Assembly: GCA_965116925.1 (NCBI GenBank)
Contig: OZ220744.1
Location: forward strand, 3,200,001 to 3,264,000
DNA from: Candidatus Poribacteria bacterium
GTDB taxonomy: Bacteria > Poribacteria > WGA-4E > PCPOR2b
Length of the DNA: 64,000 nt
Direction: 5' to 3'
This document shows, piece by piece, positions 10,067-19,567 of this stretch (position 1 is the first letter of the stretch; each line of letters opens with the position of its first letter). The position numbers and the translations under genes are program-made. The notes beneath the pieces are model-generated. The model was not told where the DNA came from, did no database searches, and worked only from the letters and a program-made list of their open reading frames with translations.

Positions 10067-11260
10067 ATGAAAATAAGGCGACTACTGCTCTCTTTTATGC
10101 TGTTGCTATGTTTGCAATTCCCGTTCACCGTCTCTGAAACCCAAGCCTTTATCGCGAGACATTATACCCTTCAAGAGGTTCTGGCTGAATGCAGCAACAT
10201 CGTTTTCGGGACTGTCACCTCAGTCAATCAGAAACGCATGACCGCTAAGGTGAAAGTCGAAGAAAACCTCAAGGGAAAAAGCGACTTCCAAGAGATTAAA
10301 ATTAACCTATCCACCGGTCAAGGCAACTTTCCGGAAAAGATGATCCAAAAATTTGAAGCAGGAAAGCCGATTATTATCTTCTATAAGAGGGAAGGACGGC
10401 GAATCCCCAGCCTCGGACATGTTGACGGCACCTGGTTCCAAACCTTTGCCCAAGACCGATCAGATAAAAGCCGTGTTTGGTGGAATTTCACCCATATCGA
10501 AATCTATATGCACCGGACCTACAAAGGTTCAACGCCCGACTTTCAGCGGGTTGTGCGGGATACGCTAGCTGGGAGAATCAAGCCTTCCAATAAAAGGTCC
10601 TCAAAGGTGGAGTCCCTCGCCGAAGCATCTACCGGTGCGGTGCGTGTACTGGTCCTCTCCGGCAATCGTTCTGATGTCGAATTTCCCACCATTTCTGCCT
10701 TCGATTCGATTGAGGAACATCAAGTCGTTTACCAAAGAACGAAAGATCGCAACCTACCAACTCTCAACTACGCAGACATTCTCTGGTTGGGGCAAGGGGA
10801 AATCTGCGAAGATAAATATCGCTTGAACAAGGAACGGGAGAACAAGATCAAGGCGTTTGTGAAGGATGGCGGTGTGGTTATCGTTTCAGGCCAAGACAGC
10901 GATGATGATCGACCATGTCCGACAGGCTGGACCCCCGAACCGATGAAGGGAGTGGAACGGCAGGGGCGTAGCGACTTTGAGCCAACACGAGCCGCAGGCA
11001 CATTGTTTAGCGAACCGAATGAAATCCAGTTCGGCGATGTATTCCTTGACGACGCATGGACGAAATGGAGCGATAAATATACGATCCTTGCCACCACAAA
11101 TGATGGGAAAGAAATTGCCTTTGCGACCTTGGAATACGGCGAAGGACTGTACCTCATCACAAGTCTCCAAAACGAAACCAGTGCCAACGTTTTTATCAAT
11201 CATCAGATAATAGAGAACCTAATTTATTATGCTGTCAAATGGCTAGATGATCAATCGTAG
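10067..11260 (+). CDS. secreted hypothetical protein with a possible GATase-like C-terminal domain
   Basis: AAGGAG RBS, signal peptide ending TQA, FVKDGGVVIV motif. Confidence 0.7.
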   Translation: MKIRRLLLSFMLLLCLQFPFTVSETQAFIARHYTLQEVLAECSNIVFGTVTSVNQKRMTAKVKVEENLKGKSDFQEIKINLSTGQGNFPEKMIQKFEAGKPIIIFYKREGRRIPSLGHVDGTWFQTFAQDRSDKSRVWWNFTHIEIYMHRTYKGSTPDFQRVVRDTLAGRIKPSNKRSSKVESLAEASTGAVRVLVLSGNRSDVEFPTISAFDSIEEHQVVYQRTKDRNLPTLNYADILWLGQGEICEDKYRLNKERENKIKAFVKDGGVVIVSGQDSDDDRPCPTGWTPEPMKGVERQGRSDFEPTRAAGTLFSEPNEIQFGDVFLDDAWTKWSDKYTILATTNDGKEIAFATLEYGEGLYLITSLQNETSANVFINHQIIENLIYYAVKWLDDQS

Positions 11261-11303
11261 CGTCGACTTTGTTTCAGAAACTCATTTCGTAAAAGTGCTC
11301 TTT

Positions 11304-11541
11304 TGTACCACAATCTGTTAGATTGTGATCCCAGTCCGCAAACTAACAGTTCGCGCTACATCTGTCAGATTGCCGATGATTACAGCATTTACCTGTACCA
11401 CAATCTGTTAGATTGTGATCCTAGCACGCCAACTAACAGTTTGCGCTACATCTGTCAGATTGCCGATGATTACAGCATTTACCTGTACCACAATCTGTTA
11501 GATTGTGATCCTAGCACGCCAACTAACAGTTTGTGCTACAT
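11304..11541. repeat. 90-bp tandem repeat, ~2.6 copies, core palindrome CACAATCT-GTT-AGATTGTG
   Basis: TGTACCACAATCTGTTAGATTGTGATCC at 11304, 11394 and 11484; related single copies near 13204, 22066 and 26863. Confidence 0.92.
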
Positions 11542-11571
11542 TTTAATGAACTAATGAACTAATGAACCAAC

Positions 11572-13104
11572 ATGATTAAATCAAAAGCAAAGCCCTCAAT
11601 TTTGGCGTTGGTATTTTTGTGTCTCACCTTCAATTCAGCGGGGACAGCCCATGCGGTTATCCCGCAACTCTTGGGGCCCCTTTCAGCCCTGCTCAGTATT
11701 ATCCCTCAGCTCCTCGCGATAATCGGCGTTGCCTTTTTAACTGCATTTGTGTTCGCCCGCGATTGGCTAAAAGGATTGTTTTACCGTATCCGCGAATCTG
11801 CCCTGCTCACGACAATTACCCTGATACTTCTCCTCGCGATCATTGGGGCAGGCGTCTGGGTGATTTATGGAACTCTTCAATCCGGTCAACCGTTCGCCAC
11901 AACAATGGGGGAGGTTCGGCTTGAGAAACCGCTCGTAAAACAGTCTTGGCCTGCGTTTCGAGGAGGTGTTACGCGTACCGGACAGCTCGACAACTTGCCC
12001 GGGCCAACGCATCCCACAATCTCATGGTTGTTCAAAGGGAAAGGCAATGTTATCGTAGATTTTCCTTCCTCGCCGGCGGTGGTTGGGTCTCAAGTCTATA
12101 TCGCTGCCGCACAAGGATCGTTCTTTTCCAGCGGAGGCGCGGTCTACTGCCTTGATGCAGATAGCGGGGTTGACCTCTGGCGATATGATACGTCGGTTCA
12201 GATTTTTTCTTCACCAACAGTTGTTGGGGGACGTGTTTATGTCGGCGAAGGGTTTCACCAAGACGCAGATTGCCATCTCCATTGCCTCAATGCCGATAAT
12301 GGGCGTATGATTTGGACATTCAAAACGGCGAGCCATGTGGAATCAACCCCCTTCGTCAGTCAAGGAAAGGTCTACTTCGGTGCGGGGAACGATGGTGTCT
12401 ACTGCCTTGACGCGCGTAAAGGAAAAATAATCTGGCACTATCCATCTATCCATGTAGACATGTCGCCAGCGGTATGGAGGGGGAAAGTCTACTTCGGGAC
12501 CGGCTACGGCGAATATCGGATCTACGCTGTTGATGCGAATAGCGGTGCAGAGGTTTGGTCAGAACGCGTGGATTACCCCGCTTGGGGGAGTCCAAGTGCC
12601 GATGGCGATGTGGTCTTTTTCGGACTCGGCAACGGTAACTTTATTGAGAGTGCCGCAGTGCCAAAAGGACGAATTACCGCCCGTAACGCCGAAACAGGAG
12701 CGCAGATCTGGGGGTATGAAGTGGAAGATTCCGTCCTTACAGCGGTCGCCTATCGTAACGGATTTGTCTATTTTGGCTCACGAGATGGGGGTGTCTACGC
12801 ACTCAACGCCGCTGACGGTGCACTAAGTTGGAGAGCCGATATTGGATATTCGGTCGTGTCCTCACCGGCGGTCACAGAAAGTTCGGTATACGTCGGCGCA
12901 GATAACGGCGTAATCTACAAAATCGACATCAACAGCGGTCGCGTAGTGTGGCAGTTTGATACAAACAAAATTACCGGCGGCAGCCCAATCTACTCCTCAC
13001 CGGCTATCGCCAATGGCAAGCTCTATATTGGATTGAAGGATTACCTCTTATGCCTTGGCGGAGCAGAGACGATCGAGGAAACGCCAAAACTTGATGATCA
13101 GTAG
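11572..13104 (+). CDS. membrane-anchored PQQ-like (BamB-type) beta-propeller protein
   Basis: Hydrophobic N-terminal helices; WPAFRGG..RTG; repeated SSPAV...VY.G...YCLDA..G...W blades. Confidence 0.88.
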   Translation: MIKSKAKPSILALVFLCLTFNSAGTAHAVIPQLLGPLSALLSIIPQLLAIIGVAFLTAFVFARDWLKGLFYRIRESALLTTITLILLLAIIGAGVWVIYGTLQSGQPFATTMGEVRLEKPLVKQSWPAFRGGVTRTGQLDNLPGPTHPTISWLFKGKGNVIVDFPSSPAVVGSQVYIAAAQGSFFSSGGAVYCLDADSGVDLWRYDTSVQIFSSPTVVGGRVYVGEGFHQDADCHLHCLNADNGRMIWTFKTASHVESTPFVSQGKVYFGAGNDGVYCLDARKGKIIWHYPSIHVDMSPAVWRGKVYFGTGYGEYRIYAVDANSGAEVWSERVDYPAWGSPSADGDVVFFGLGNGNFIESAAVPKGRITARNAETGAQIWGYEVEDSVLTAVAYRNGFVYFGSRDGGVYALNAADGALSWRADIGYSVVSSPAVTESSVYVGADNGVIYKIDINSGRVVWQFDTNKITGGSPIYSSPAIANGKLYIGLKDYLLCLGGAETIEETPKLDDQ

Positions 13105-13244
13105 CGTAGTATAATGCTAGGGTCTGTTGACATTTGCAAACCCAACTTTATTTTTCATCGGAAAGCCTCTCCAGCAGAAGGTTATGTCGTAAAGGCAATC
13201 TTTTGTACCACAATCTGTTAGATTGTGATCTTCAGTCCGCAAAC

Positions 13245-14154
13245 TATGGTAGATGATAGAATTACTGATACATTTGAATAATATCCTCAATAGACATTTC
13301 TGTTTGATATTGTTGGATTCGCTTTATATTAGCAAAATCGTGTTCAATCGGATTGTAATCCGGGGAATAAGGGGGTAAAAACATCAGACTCGCCCCTGAA
13401 GCCTCTATTAACTGTCGGGTCTTTGGCGTTTTGTGAAGTCGTGCATTATCAAGGATTACGACGTGTTTTGAAGTCAAGCGTGGACATAACTGCCCGGCTA
13501 ACCAATCATTGAAATCGTTGGCTTTGCAACTGCCTTCAAATAACCGTGCCGCAGTGAAGGTATCTTCAAAACGTGCGGCAATAAGTGTGGTGGTCCGAGT
13601 GCGTTGACTGGATATAAGGTCAAACACGGGTGTGCCTAAAGGCGCATAGCCATACCGTCTATAACCGTCGTCTCGAAAGCCACTCTCATCGGCATAAACT
13701 ACGGATTTACCAACGATTTTGACTTGTTCGAGTTGTTGACGATAGGCGTGTCGTTTTTCATCGCACCGCTCCTTATAACCGAGGGTCTTTTTTTTTCGCG
13801 TGTACCCTAGCCGTTTGAGGCTATACCCTATACAGAAGGTCGACACTCCAAAATGAACGGCGCGTTCTTTGAGGGTCTGGTCTGGAAAATCAGCAACATG
13901 TTGTTTCAGCGCATCATAATCAATAGACCGGGGCCCTCGGGGACCGGGGCGTTGATAAGCGAATGGATCCGGGGCGTTTAGCCACTTATAGATAGTGGTC
14001 CGTCCGACGTTAAACCGTTTAGCGGCTTCTGTTTTGCTGCCGCCGGCTTGTATGAAATCAAGGACGCGTTTGCGTAAATCGGGTGAATATCTCATAATAC
14101 TTATATCGTAACACATTTCTAAATAATGTTCACTTATTTATATTATCTACCATA
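13245..14154 (-). mobile_element. IS630-family insertion sequence with TA target duplication
   Basis: TA|TGGTAGATGATA ... TATTATCTACCA|TA flanking the transposase gene. Confidence 0.92.
13262..14095 (-). CDS. IS630-family transposase (HTH + DDE), one uninterrupted frame; alternative start at 14116
   Basis: MRYSPDLR..., YADESG, ILDNARLH, LPPYSPDYNPIE. Confidence 0.93.
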   Translation of the reverse strand: MRYSPDLRKRVLDFIQAGGSKTEAAKRFNVGRTTIYKWLNAPDPFAYQRPGPRGPRSIDYDALKQHVADFPDQTLKERAVHFGVSTFCIGYSLKRLGYTRKKKTLGYKERCDEKRHAYRQQLEQVKIVGKSVVYADESGFRDDGYRRYGYAPLGTPVFDLISSQRTRTTTLIAARFEDTFTAARLFEGSCKANDFNDWLAGQLCPRLTSKHVVILDNARLHKTPKTRQLIEASGASLMFLPPYSPDYNPIEHDFANIKRIQQYQTEMSIEDIIQMYQ

Positions 14155-14155
14155 A

Positions 14156-14271
14156 ATGAGTTTTAAGAAATTAAACGGGTAATTCTATATTGCTCCCAGA
14201 CCCGGTAGGTGCGGTTGGAAACCGCACCGGACATCGCTCGGAAATTACCCAATTAATAAATTAATCTTCAT
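14156..14271. mobile_element. family-B MITE-like insert (ATGA...TTCAT) carrying a GGTAGGYGCGGTT hairpin
   Basis: A homologous insert at 22082..22198 interrupts the same host repeat at a different position. Confidence 0.6.
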
Positions 14272-14415
14272 ACAGTTTGCGCTACATTTGTCAGATTGCC
14301 CGATGACTACAGCGTTTGCCGAATTAGCTATATCAAAATGTCAACACGCCCTAGGTGCTCGCTGATAAACCAAGCGTTGGCAACCGGCGCAAGAGTCGGG
14401 AGTTGGAATTCCCTC

Positions 14416-15144
14416 CTACACTTCATGTTGGGGAGGAATGCTACGATCAAGCGATTCAATCTCAGTCGGTGTTAAGAAACGATATTTCCCAATCGCAAGC
14501 CCTCCCAACGTAAGCGATCCAATCCCTACCCGTTTGAGATGTGCGACCTCATGACCTACGGCGTGGAACATACGCCGAATCTGTCGCTTCTTTCCTTCAT
14601 GGATAACTACCTTGAATTGTGTTTGCCTTTCTCTTCTCCCAATTTGGTTGACTTTCGCCGAAGTGATTGCCCCCCCCTCAATTTCAATTCCCTCCCGCAA
14701 TCTTTGAATCTTTCCTCGATTTGGCTGCCCCTCTACCCATGCAATGTACGTTTTCTGGATCTCATGGCTCGGATGGAGGATTCTATGTGCGAAATCCCCA
14801 TCGTTTGTCATTAGCAGCAGTCCCTCCGTATCAAGATCCAACCGTCCAACTGGATAGATCCGCTCGGATATATCACGCACCAACGCCATGACCGTCGGAC
14901 GGCCGCGCTCATCGCGCACCGTTGTTACGTAGCCTGCCGGTTTGTTCAGCATCAGGTAGATCCGCTTCGGCTTCCCACGTACCGGTTCACCATCAAATGT
15001 AATCTCAGCCCCTTGTGGATCGATGTGGGCACCGGGAATCAACACCTTCTCACCGTTGACAGAGACCCGTCCTGCGGAGATATGTTTCTTCGCATCCCGT
15101 CGAGAAGCGATGCCGGATTCTGAAAGGAATTTTTCGAGGCGCAT
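14416..15144 (-). CDS. rRNA pseudouridine synthase (RsuA/RluB family)
   Basis: S4 domain MRLEKFLSESGIASRR, LNKPAGY, catalytic PVGRLDLDTEGL, EGKKRQIRRM. Confidence 0.93.
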   Translation of the reverse strand: MRLEKFLSESGIASRRDAKKHISAGRVSVNGEKVLIPGAHIDPQGAEITFDGEPVRGKPKRIYLMLNKPAGYVTTVRDERGRPTVMALVRDISERIYPVGRLDLDTEGLLLMTNDGDFAHRILHPSHEIQKTYIAWVEGQPNRGKIQRLREGIEIEGGAITSAKVNQIGRRERQTQFKVVIHEGKKRQIRRMFHAVGHEVAHLKRVGIGSLTLGGLAIGKYRFLTPTEIESLDRSIPPQHEV

Positions 15145-15370
15145 TTTTTCGTGCACTATCCCTAAAATAGGTAGACATGAGGAAGGAAAAGCAGTAGAAT
15201 AACCCAAGTTACCATCTTAATTGGGAAGAAATTTTCGTAAGGAACGCAGATCTGCGTTCCCTACACAGGTTGGTATCTACTTTCGCTCCAGAGAAGCGAT
15301 ATGTCTATAGAATCACAATCACCCAATCCCTGCGCTCCAGAGGAGCACCATGTATAGAGTTCATTAGTTT

Positions 15371-15585
15371 AACCCAAGTTGCTAGGTTCTGTTGACATTT
15401 AACGGTCCGTAGGTTGGGTTGAACGGGAACCGTGAAACCCAACAATGTCCCCCTCCGTAGGTCGGGCATCTTGCCCGACTCATAGCCCCAGCGGGGCGAC
15501 ATGTGTATAGAAAAAAGGATAAAACCAGCCAGCCCCAGCGGAGCGACATGTATGTGGCATCGTAACGCAACTAGCAACTTAGGTT
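15371..15585. mobile_element. family-D MITE (AACCYAAGTTRCTA TIR) with 5-bp duplication AGTTT
   Basis: AACCCAAGTTGCTAG...CTAGCAACTTAGGTT with AGTTT on both sides; contains several REP-like hairpins. Confidence 0.7.
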
Positions 15586-15720
15586 AGTTTAATGAATCCG
15601 AGGCTTGCGTTAGAGTAAACGGTATGTTCAGAAATTTTATTGTGATGGAAAACTACAAGATATGTCAAGTGGAAAATAGATGGATTAGAGATGTTTAACT
15701 GAAGCTGTAAGGAGGGAAAA

Positions 15721-16557
15721 ATGCGACTTGGCGGACCAGTATTTGGTGAAATTTCCAATCCTGACGATTGGGCAAAAGCAGTCAAGAATCACGAATACAG
15801 TGCTGCCTACTGCCCTGTCAACTCAGACAGCGATGAGTCAACCATTGACGCATACATCGAAGCCGCGAAAAAAGCGGATATCGTCATTGCGGAAGTCGGC
15901 GCATGGAGCAACCCAATCAGCATTGATGATACAGAACGCGAGGCTGCGCTAGAAAAATGTCGGACGCAACTCGCGCTTGCCGATCGGGTCGGTGCAAACT
16001 GCTGCGTCAACATCTCCGGCTCACGAGGACCCAAGTGGGACGGTCCTCATCCCGATAATCTAACAGATGATACCTTTGATCTGATCGTCGAGAGCGTCCG
16101 CTCAATTATCGATCACGTGAAACCCACGCGGACGTTCTACGCGCTCGAAACGATGCCGTGGGCTTACCCCGAAGGACCCGATAGCTACCTGCGTTTACTC
16201 AAAGCCATCGATCGGGGGCAGTGTGCCGTCCACCTTGACCCGGTGAATATCATCAACGGTCTGGAACGCTACTACCACAGCGGAGATCTCATCCGCGACT
16301 GTTTCGCGAAACTCGGCGCGCATATTAAAAGCTGTCACGCAAAGGACATCGCTCTTGCCGATACCTTAACCCTTCACCTCGATGAGACCCGTCCCGGTCT
16401 CGGTGGGCTTGACTATGCGACATATCTGCGTGAACTGGATCGACTCGATCCGGATGTACCGTTGATGCTTGAACATCTCCCATCTGCCGAAGAATACGCG
16501 CTCGGTGCTGAACATATTCGGTCGGTCGCTGATGAAGTCGGTGTCACGATTCGATGA
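15721..16557 (+). CDS. sugar phosphate isomerase/epimerase (xylose isomerase-like TIM barrel)
   Basis: LETMP, HLDPVN, CHAKD, LMLEH metal ligands. Confidence 0.85.
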   Translation: MRLGGPVFGEISNPDDWAKAVKNHEYSAAYCPVNSDSDESTIDAYIEAAKKADIVIAEVGAWSNPISIDDTEREAALEKCRTQLALADRVGANCCVNISGSRGPKWDGPHPDNLTDDTFDLIVESVRSIIDHVKPTRTFYALETMPWAYPEGPDSYLRLLKAIDRGQCAVHLDPVNIINGLERYYHSGDLIRDCFAKLGAHIKSCHAKDIALADTLTLHLDETRPGLGGLDYATYLRELDRLDPDVPLMLEHLPSAEEYALGAEHIRSVADEVGVTIR

Positions 16558-16721
16558 ACTTTGTGATAAATCCTTGGTATTTTACGATTGGCTCATATTA
16601 AAAAAGCACAAAATACTGAAAAAACCGTAGGCGGGGCATCTTGCCCCGCCCGTCCGTGCCAAAAACTCGGTTTCTGTTGCACGCTTTCTTAACATGAACC
16701 TTACGATTTAAGGAGGATAAA

Positions 16722-17726
16722 ATGACCTCAATAGGATCTGGATTCAAAGCGGCTGTTATTGGCTGCGGCGGTATGGGACGAGGCCATATAGCAAAAGCGA
16801 AAAGTCTGGGAATTGAACTGGTCGGCTATTGCGATGAGATTGGAGAAAAAGCCGAGGAAGCGTTGGCGGAATTTGGCGGTGCCTATGCCACAACCGACGC
16901 CGACCGCATCATGCGCGACGATTCCATTGATCTGATAGTAATCGCCACCCACCACGATGCACACCATCCGCTCGCGCTTGCTGGAGCGCAAGCCGGTAAG
17001 CACATTCTCTTGGAGAAACCGATGTGTGTCACCCGCGCTCAAGCCATCGAAGTGGCTGAGATGGTGGAGCGGACCGGGGTCAAACTTGTGATCAATTGCA
17101 AGTTCCGAATCGCACCCACAGCGCAAAAGGCACGCGAACTGCTAGCCCAACCGCGCATGAGCCACGGTCAGCTAGCGATGAACGATTCCGGTGCGAGCGG
17201 TAGTACATGGGTCTGGCATGCGGACGATGGTGGTGGTCTGTTGATTAGCACCGCCGTCCATACCATCGATCTGCTCACATACCTGATGGATAGCGAGCCG
17301 GATCGGATCTATGCCGAAGGGCGAATCTTTGGGCAAAACAAAGGCACCGCCGGCTACCCTGACGGGCTGGTGGGGACAATTCTCTGGAAGAGCGGCGGAC
17401 TTTCCACAGTAATTAGCACCGATCAGGGCATGAACCCATTTGTGTCCAAGTGGTTCCATCAGATGTGGGATGGCGAGCGTAGCGCAGTCTTTTCCTCTCA
17501 CATGACGCGCGTCGACTTTGGTGGATGCGAAATGGACTATCTGGACGCACGGAAATTACCAGAGGCGGAGATAGCCAAAGCGTCAATGATGGTCAACCTA
17601 TTGGCGGCGATTCGGACGGACGGAGATACCCTGTGCAACGCCCGCGACGGTGTGCGCGCCGTGTCTATATGCAACGCCTTAGATGAAGCCGCTCGCACCG
17701 GCACCCCCCAAACTGTACCGAACTAG
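16722..17726 (+). CDS. Gfo/Idh/MocA family oxidoreductase
   Basis: VIGCGGMG, KHILLEKPM, GGGLL...HTIDL. Confidence 0.9.
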   Translation: MTSIGSGFKAAVIGCGGMGRGHIAKAKSLGIELVGYCDEIGEKAEEALAEFGGAYATTDADRIMRDDSIDLIVIATHHDAHHPLALAGAQAGKHILLEKPMCVTRAQAIEVAEMVERTGVKLVINCKFRIAPTAQKARELLAQPRMSHGQLAMNDSGASGSTWVWHADDGGGLLISTAVHTIDLLTYLMDSEPDRIYAEGRIFGQNKGTAGYPDGLVGTILWKSGGLSTVISTDQGMNPFVSKWFHQMWDGERSAVFSSHMTRVDFGGCEMDYLDARKLPEAEIAKASMMVNLLAAIRTDGDTLCNARDGVRAVSICNALDEAARTGTPQTVPN

Positions 17727-17904
17727 AACACGATCTCACCGCTTGTGAGAACTGGGGTGCGAGGGGATAAAGCTGTTTTTCCGTTCGTTCATGTATTAAC
17801 TTACTGGTTCATTTAGCCCCAGCGGGGCGACATGTCTATAGTACACGGATAAACAAATATCCTAAAGCCCCAGCGGGGCGACATGTGTATCCGAAGGGTG
17901 GAAA

Positions 17905-19374
17905 TTAATTTGCATTGCCAGATTCATAAATTCGCCAAGCCCCATCCTCTTTCCGCATCTTAATGAGTATATCTGATGGTGCCGGTCTGTTCTCCATTTC
18001 CACTGCTATCCTCTCCATTTCCGCTTCTGCCCCCGGAATTTCCGCTTCTGCCGCCGCTTGGTGGTCTTCCGGTAAATTCTGCATCACCATTCCTATCAGT
18101 TCTCCGATCTGTAGTTTCGGCTCTCTCAACCGGAAATAGAATTCACCGCCTACATATTCTCTGCTCACAATTTCTGCCCTACCAAGCATCTGGCTAAGCA
18201 TCCCCTCGGTGAACTGCTGCGCCTCCGACCCTGCCTCAGCGATTTCTGCTTTCGTGTCTTCTACGGCTGGGATACTACTTTCTATATCTTCCCTGACAGC
18301 TCCTGTCACGAGTGGGAGCATTGCCTTAACGTCGAGATTCTTATACGCCTCCAGATAGGCGTTCATCACATCTTCGGCAGACCGACCCTCATCGTCTAAT
18401 GACGTGGAGGTATCGGTGGAGAGGCTCTGGTCCGCCTCTGGCTCAAATTCTGCCTCCAACATGAGTTGTACTATATCTGCTTCTTCAAATTGATCCAAGG
18501 AATTGTCAACCGGCTCCGTTCCTTCTGCGGACGCTGCAGGGGCAATTTGTGACGGATTGTCCCTGTTTTCTGTATTTTGAGCGGAATCAGTTTGTGCTAC
18601 TAATCCTTCAGAGCTGTTTCGTGGACGTGGCGTGCCATCCTCCCACGGCGATAAATACACCCGCTCCTCGACTATGGGCGCATTCATCTGGCGGACACCA
18701 ACAAAACCGATAAAAATCAGCACAATCAGTGCTGCTACACCAACCGTTATCTTAGGCACCGTTCCAACTTTCATGACAGTCAGACCTCCCGAATATATTT
18801 TTTTTAGTGTCATTGTGGGAGAAACGAATATGCCGGTGAGAAGATATTGCAACCGTTTGGAGAGTTGCCGCTTCGCACGCGACAGCCGAGACGCAACTGC
18901 GTCATACGACAGCCTATGCGTGTTTGTCAGCTCGTCGTAGCTTGCACCCTCCAGATAGAAGGCACGGGCAATTTCCCTGTCTTTCTGCGGAAGCGTCTCT
19001 ATTGTCCGACGAATCAACTCTCTCTGTTCCTGTTGTATCAATTGCTCATCAGGTGAATCCTGCGTTTGAAGTATCTGTTCGTTTACTTCATCAAGGGATA
19101 CAGTCTCGCCCCTCTGTTTGCGGAGCCACTGCCGTGCACAATTCCGTGTAATCTCAGCTAACCAACTCTTGAATTTAGTCGCATCCTCAAGCTGCCCTAA
19201 TCCTTGATAGGCGTTGAAGAAGGCGTCTTGCACCACCTCTTCGGCATCATGGGCATTATCCACGATTCCGACTACGATTGCATAAACATAGGCGTAATAC
19301 TCCCGCATCAGATCCGCAAATGCCCCTTCATCCCCAGTTTGGGCGCGATAGATGAGCACATTCTCTTTAGCCAT
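17905..19374 (-). CDS. ECF (sigma70-family) sigma factor with a C-terminal TM helix and extracytoplasmic extension
   Basis: DAEEVVQDAF, FKSWL, region-4 HTH (SRLSRAKRQL), TM VGVAALIVLIFIGFVGV, acidic C-terminal part. Confidence 0.88.
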   Translation of the reverse strand: MAKENVLIYRAQTGDEGAFADLMREYYAYVYAIVVGIVDNAHDAEEVVQDAFFNAYQGLGQLEDATKFKSWLAEITRNCARQWLRKQRGETVSLDEVNEQILQTQDSPDEQLIQQEQRELIRRTIETLPQKDREIARAFYLEGASYDELTNTHRLSYDAVASRLSRAKRQLSKRLQYLLTGIFVSPTMTLKKIYSGGLTVMKVGTVPKITVGVAALIVLIFIGFVGVRQMNAPIVEERVYLSPWEDGTPRPRNSSEGLVAQTDSAQNTENRDNPSQIAPAASAEGTEPVDNSLDQFEEADIVQLMLEAEFEPEADQSLSTDTSTSLDDEGRSAEDVMNAYLEAYKNLDVKAMLPLVTGAVREDIESSIPAVEDTKAEIAEAGSEAQQFTEGMLSQMLGRAEIVSREYVGGEFYFRLREPKLQIGELIGMVMQNLPEDHQAAAEAEIPGAEAEMERIAVEMENRPAPSDILIKMRKEDGAWRIYESGNAN

Positions 19375-19489
19375 GGCGCTTCATTCCTCCCTTACACCCT
19401 ATCAAGATGCAGCTCTAAGATTTTTTTGGCACTTTTTTCACTCTGAAATGTCATTCTAGGAGATTTTTTGCCCATTTTTTCACGAAGCC

Positions 19490-19526
19490 AAAAATAAAAA
19501 GGCGAATGGACGGAACCATTCGCCTT
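19490..19526 (-). terminator. intrinsic terminator for the 19568..20449 gene
   Basis: AAGGCGAATGG-N6-CCATTCGCCTT hairpin followed by a T-run on the minus strand. Confidence 0.7.
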
Positions 19527-19567
19527 CTTGTAACATGAGCCTTAAGGTGAATACTTTCAAAAACGAC

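Larger units (their letters stand above)
13117..14354. mobile_element. outer non-autonomous element with 19-bp imperfect TIRs, enclosing a repeat unit, the IS630 element and a family-B MITE
   Basis: CTAGGGTCTGTTGACATTT (13117) and AAATGTCAACACGCCCTAG (ends 14354) are inverted, with CTAG at both ends. Confidence 0.7.

Noticed and set aside
11303..11554. 83-aa repeat ORF or CRISPR array
   Set aside because: A by-product of a 90-bp tandem repeat whose unit is dispersed and non-coding elsewhere; the intervening sequences are not unique
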